Assembly: GCF_001194135.2 (NCBI RefSeq)
Contig: NC_069002.1
Coordinates: 28,945,718-28,996,131 of the forward strand
Reading direction: 5' to 3'
DNA: 50,414 bases
Origin: Octopus bimaculoides
Lineage: Eukaryota
Shown here: piece by piece, positions 49,092-50,414 of the stretch
Numbering within the stretch: the first letter of the stretch is position 1
Layout: every line of letters starts with the position of its first letter
Notes under the pieces: model-generated
Seen by the model: only the letters and a program-made list of their open reading frames with translations
Told to the model about the DNA's origin: nothing
Databases searched by the model: none
Program-made: the position numbers and the translations under genes

Positions 49092-50099
49092 AAACAAAGT
49101 TTCTATCATAAGGTCAGTCACAGAATAGTTGTTACCAAAAACGTTTTTAACATTAAAATGAAATGAAAAACAGCAATATCTTGGATTGCTAATTGTAAAA
49201 ACCATTAAATCTGGCAGACATTATGTTTCTTGATCCTAGCTTTACACTGAATGGTGGGGGGGGGGGGCCCTTCCATGTACTGTGTAACTCTTGTTAACAT
49301 TTTTACTGAAATATGTTGCTTTTGTTTCAGTTAAGCTTGAAAATAAAAATATCAAGTTGATGTTTGGAACATGCATTAACATAGAATTTTGATGGAAGGT
49401 TATAATTTCAGTCACCTTAAAACAGGAAGCTTTTTTTAACAAAGACCCAAGGCTGGTTTCAAGCGGGTTGGTACCAAAAGGTTAACAGGTAATGAGAATG
49501 CCAATGAAGACATACGTAAATATCTTTACTAGAACCAACTTAATTCTGAATAGAAGGAAATATAAAAATATATAAAACAAAAATAACCAAAAATGTGTAG
49601 GGATTCGAATGCCAACTGAGAAATATTCAATTTGGGAGGAGTGAGCACCACAGTTTCACATGATTGACCTATAAATTAACCAATTAGTGTAAAGCTGTGG
49701 CAGGATATGGTTTCTCAGATCATCTAAAATTAGCTCCCCATTTTGCGTTACAAAAAGAGTTTGGAGCCTAACTCATTAGGGCACTCACAGAAGGCAGACT
49801 GCAAAGGCAGACAGACCATGGGCACTCAGTCAAATCGACAGTGGGCAAGACATGACTGTGGACATTCACACATGTGCCACAGTTAGCCTTCAACAAGACA
49901 CACCATGGCTCTCTCCTCTGCATCAGCAAACAAACAATTTCTCTTGAATAAATATGTTAGAAGTTAAGTTTATGAGTCGCTTCACTTAGACACAGAGCCA
50001 TTTAAACCATACAATGAGTGTCTTCAACAATACAACACCAAGAAGCAACCAGCATGACATTGGTGACGAAACATTCTCGTGACAAAAGAAATTCCTTAC

Positions 50100-50279
50100 C
50101 ATTTTGGCTATATTCAAGAATGTATATGGAATTGAACTGCTGCTGGATTTGTAAATGTAAAACAGATATAACGGTAAGCACAGCCAGAGCCAGAAGCATG
50201 GTATCCACATAAGTATGGTATTCTGGAAGCACTGGGTAAACTGTGGCCATGATGCAGTTCCCCATGTCAAAGAAGTGTT
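50100..50279 (-). CDS. ABCC1: MRP exon E2 (180 nt, phase 0/0), TMD0: NTSLTWGTASWPQFTQCFQNT...LNIAKM
   Basis: Acceptor ttttgcag, donor gtaagg; matches the MRP1 N-terminal motif P-x-FT-x-CFQNT-x-L-x-W-x-PC. Confidence 0.95.
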
Positions 50280-50414
50280 CTGCAAAAAAAAAAACAAAAA
50301 AAAAAATCAAAATAAGGTCGTTTGGTTGGTTTAGCATCATTATTGAATGATTGAATTAGAAATATTTATTTTACATTTAAGGACTTCAATAGTAAGAGCA
50401 AACTTATTTTAGTT

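Overview
Eukaryotic, AT-rich, gapped genomic DNA, very probably from an octopus (inferred from the SINE/MITE families). There are five N gaps: 5716-6145, 14829-15140, 17628-18597, 35711-36498 and 47980-47989. The window is spanned by one minus-strand, intron-rich gene for a long-type ABCC/MRP transporter (ABCC1/2/3 clade). I traced 23 consecutive GT-AG exons from 50279 to 694. They total 3699 nt (1233 codons), every splice phase is compatible, and several are missing from the ORF track. They encode TMD0, L0, TMD1, NBD1, the linker and most of TMD2. The first exon and the NBD2 exons lie outside the window. Exon numbers E2-E24 assume one upstream exon. The introns are filled with tRNA-derived SINEs, RTE-LINE fragments, mariner and hAT remnants, MITEs, a Helentron-type element, a probable solo LTR, and micro/minisatellites. 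I found no prokaryote-style novel system. The most interesting signals are RNA-structural: inverted SINE pairs that bracket domain-sized exon blocks, a perfect 29-bp intronic inverted repeat beside a splice donor, and long fold-backs. The protein also shows a dileucine sorting motif, altered substrate-pocket residues and a PKA-type linker motif.
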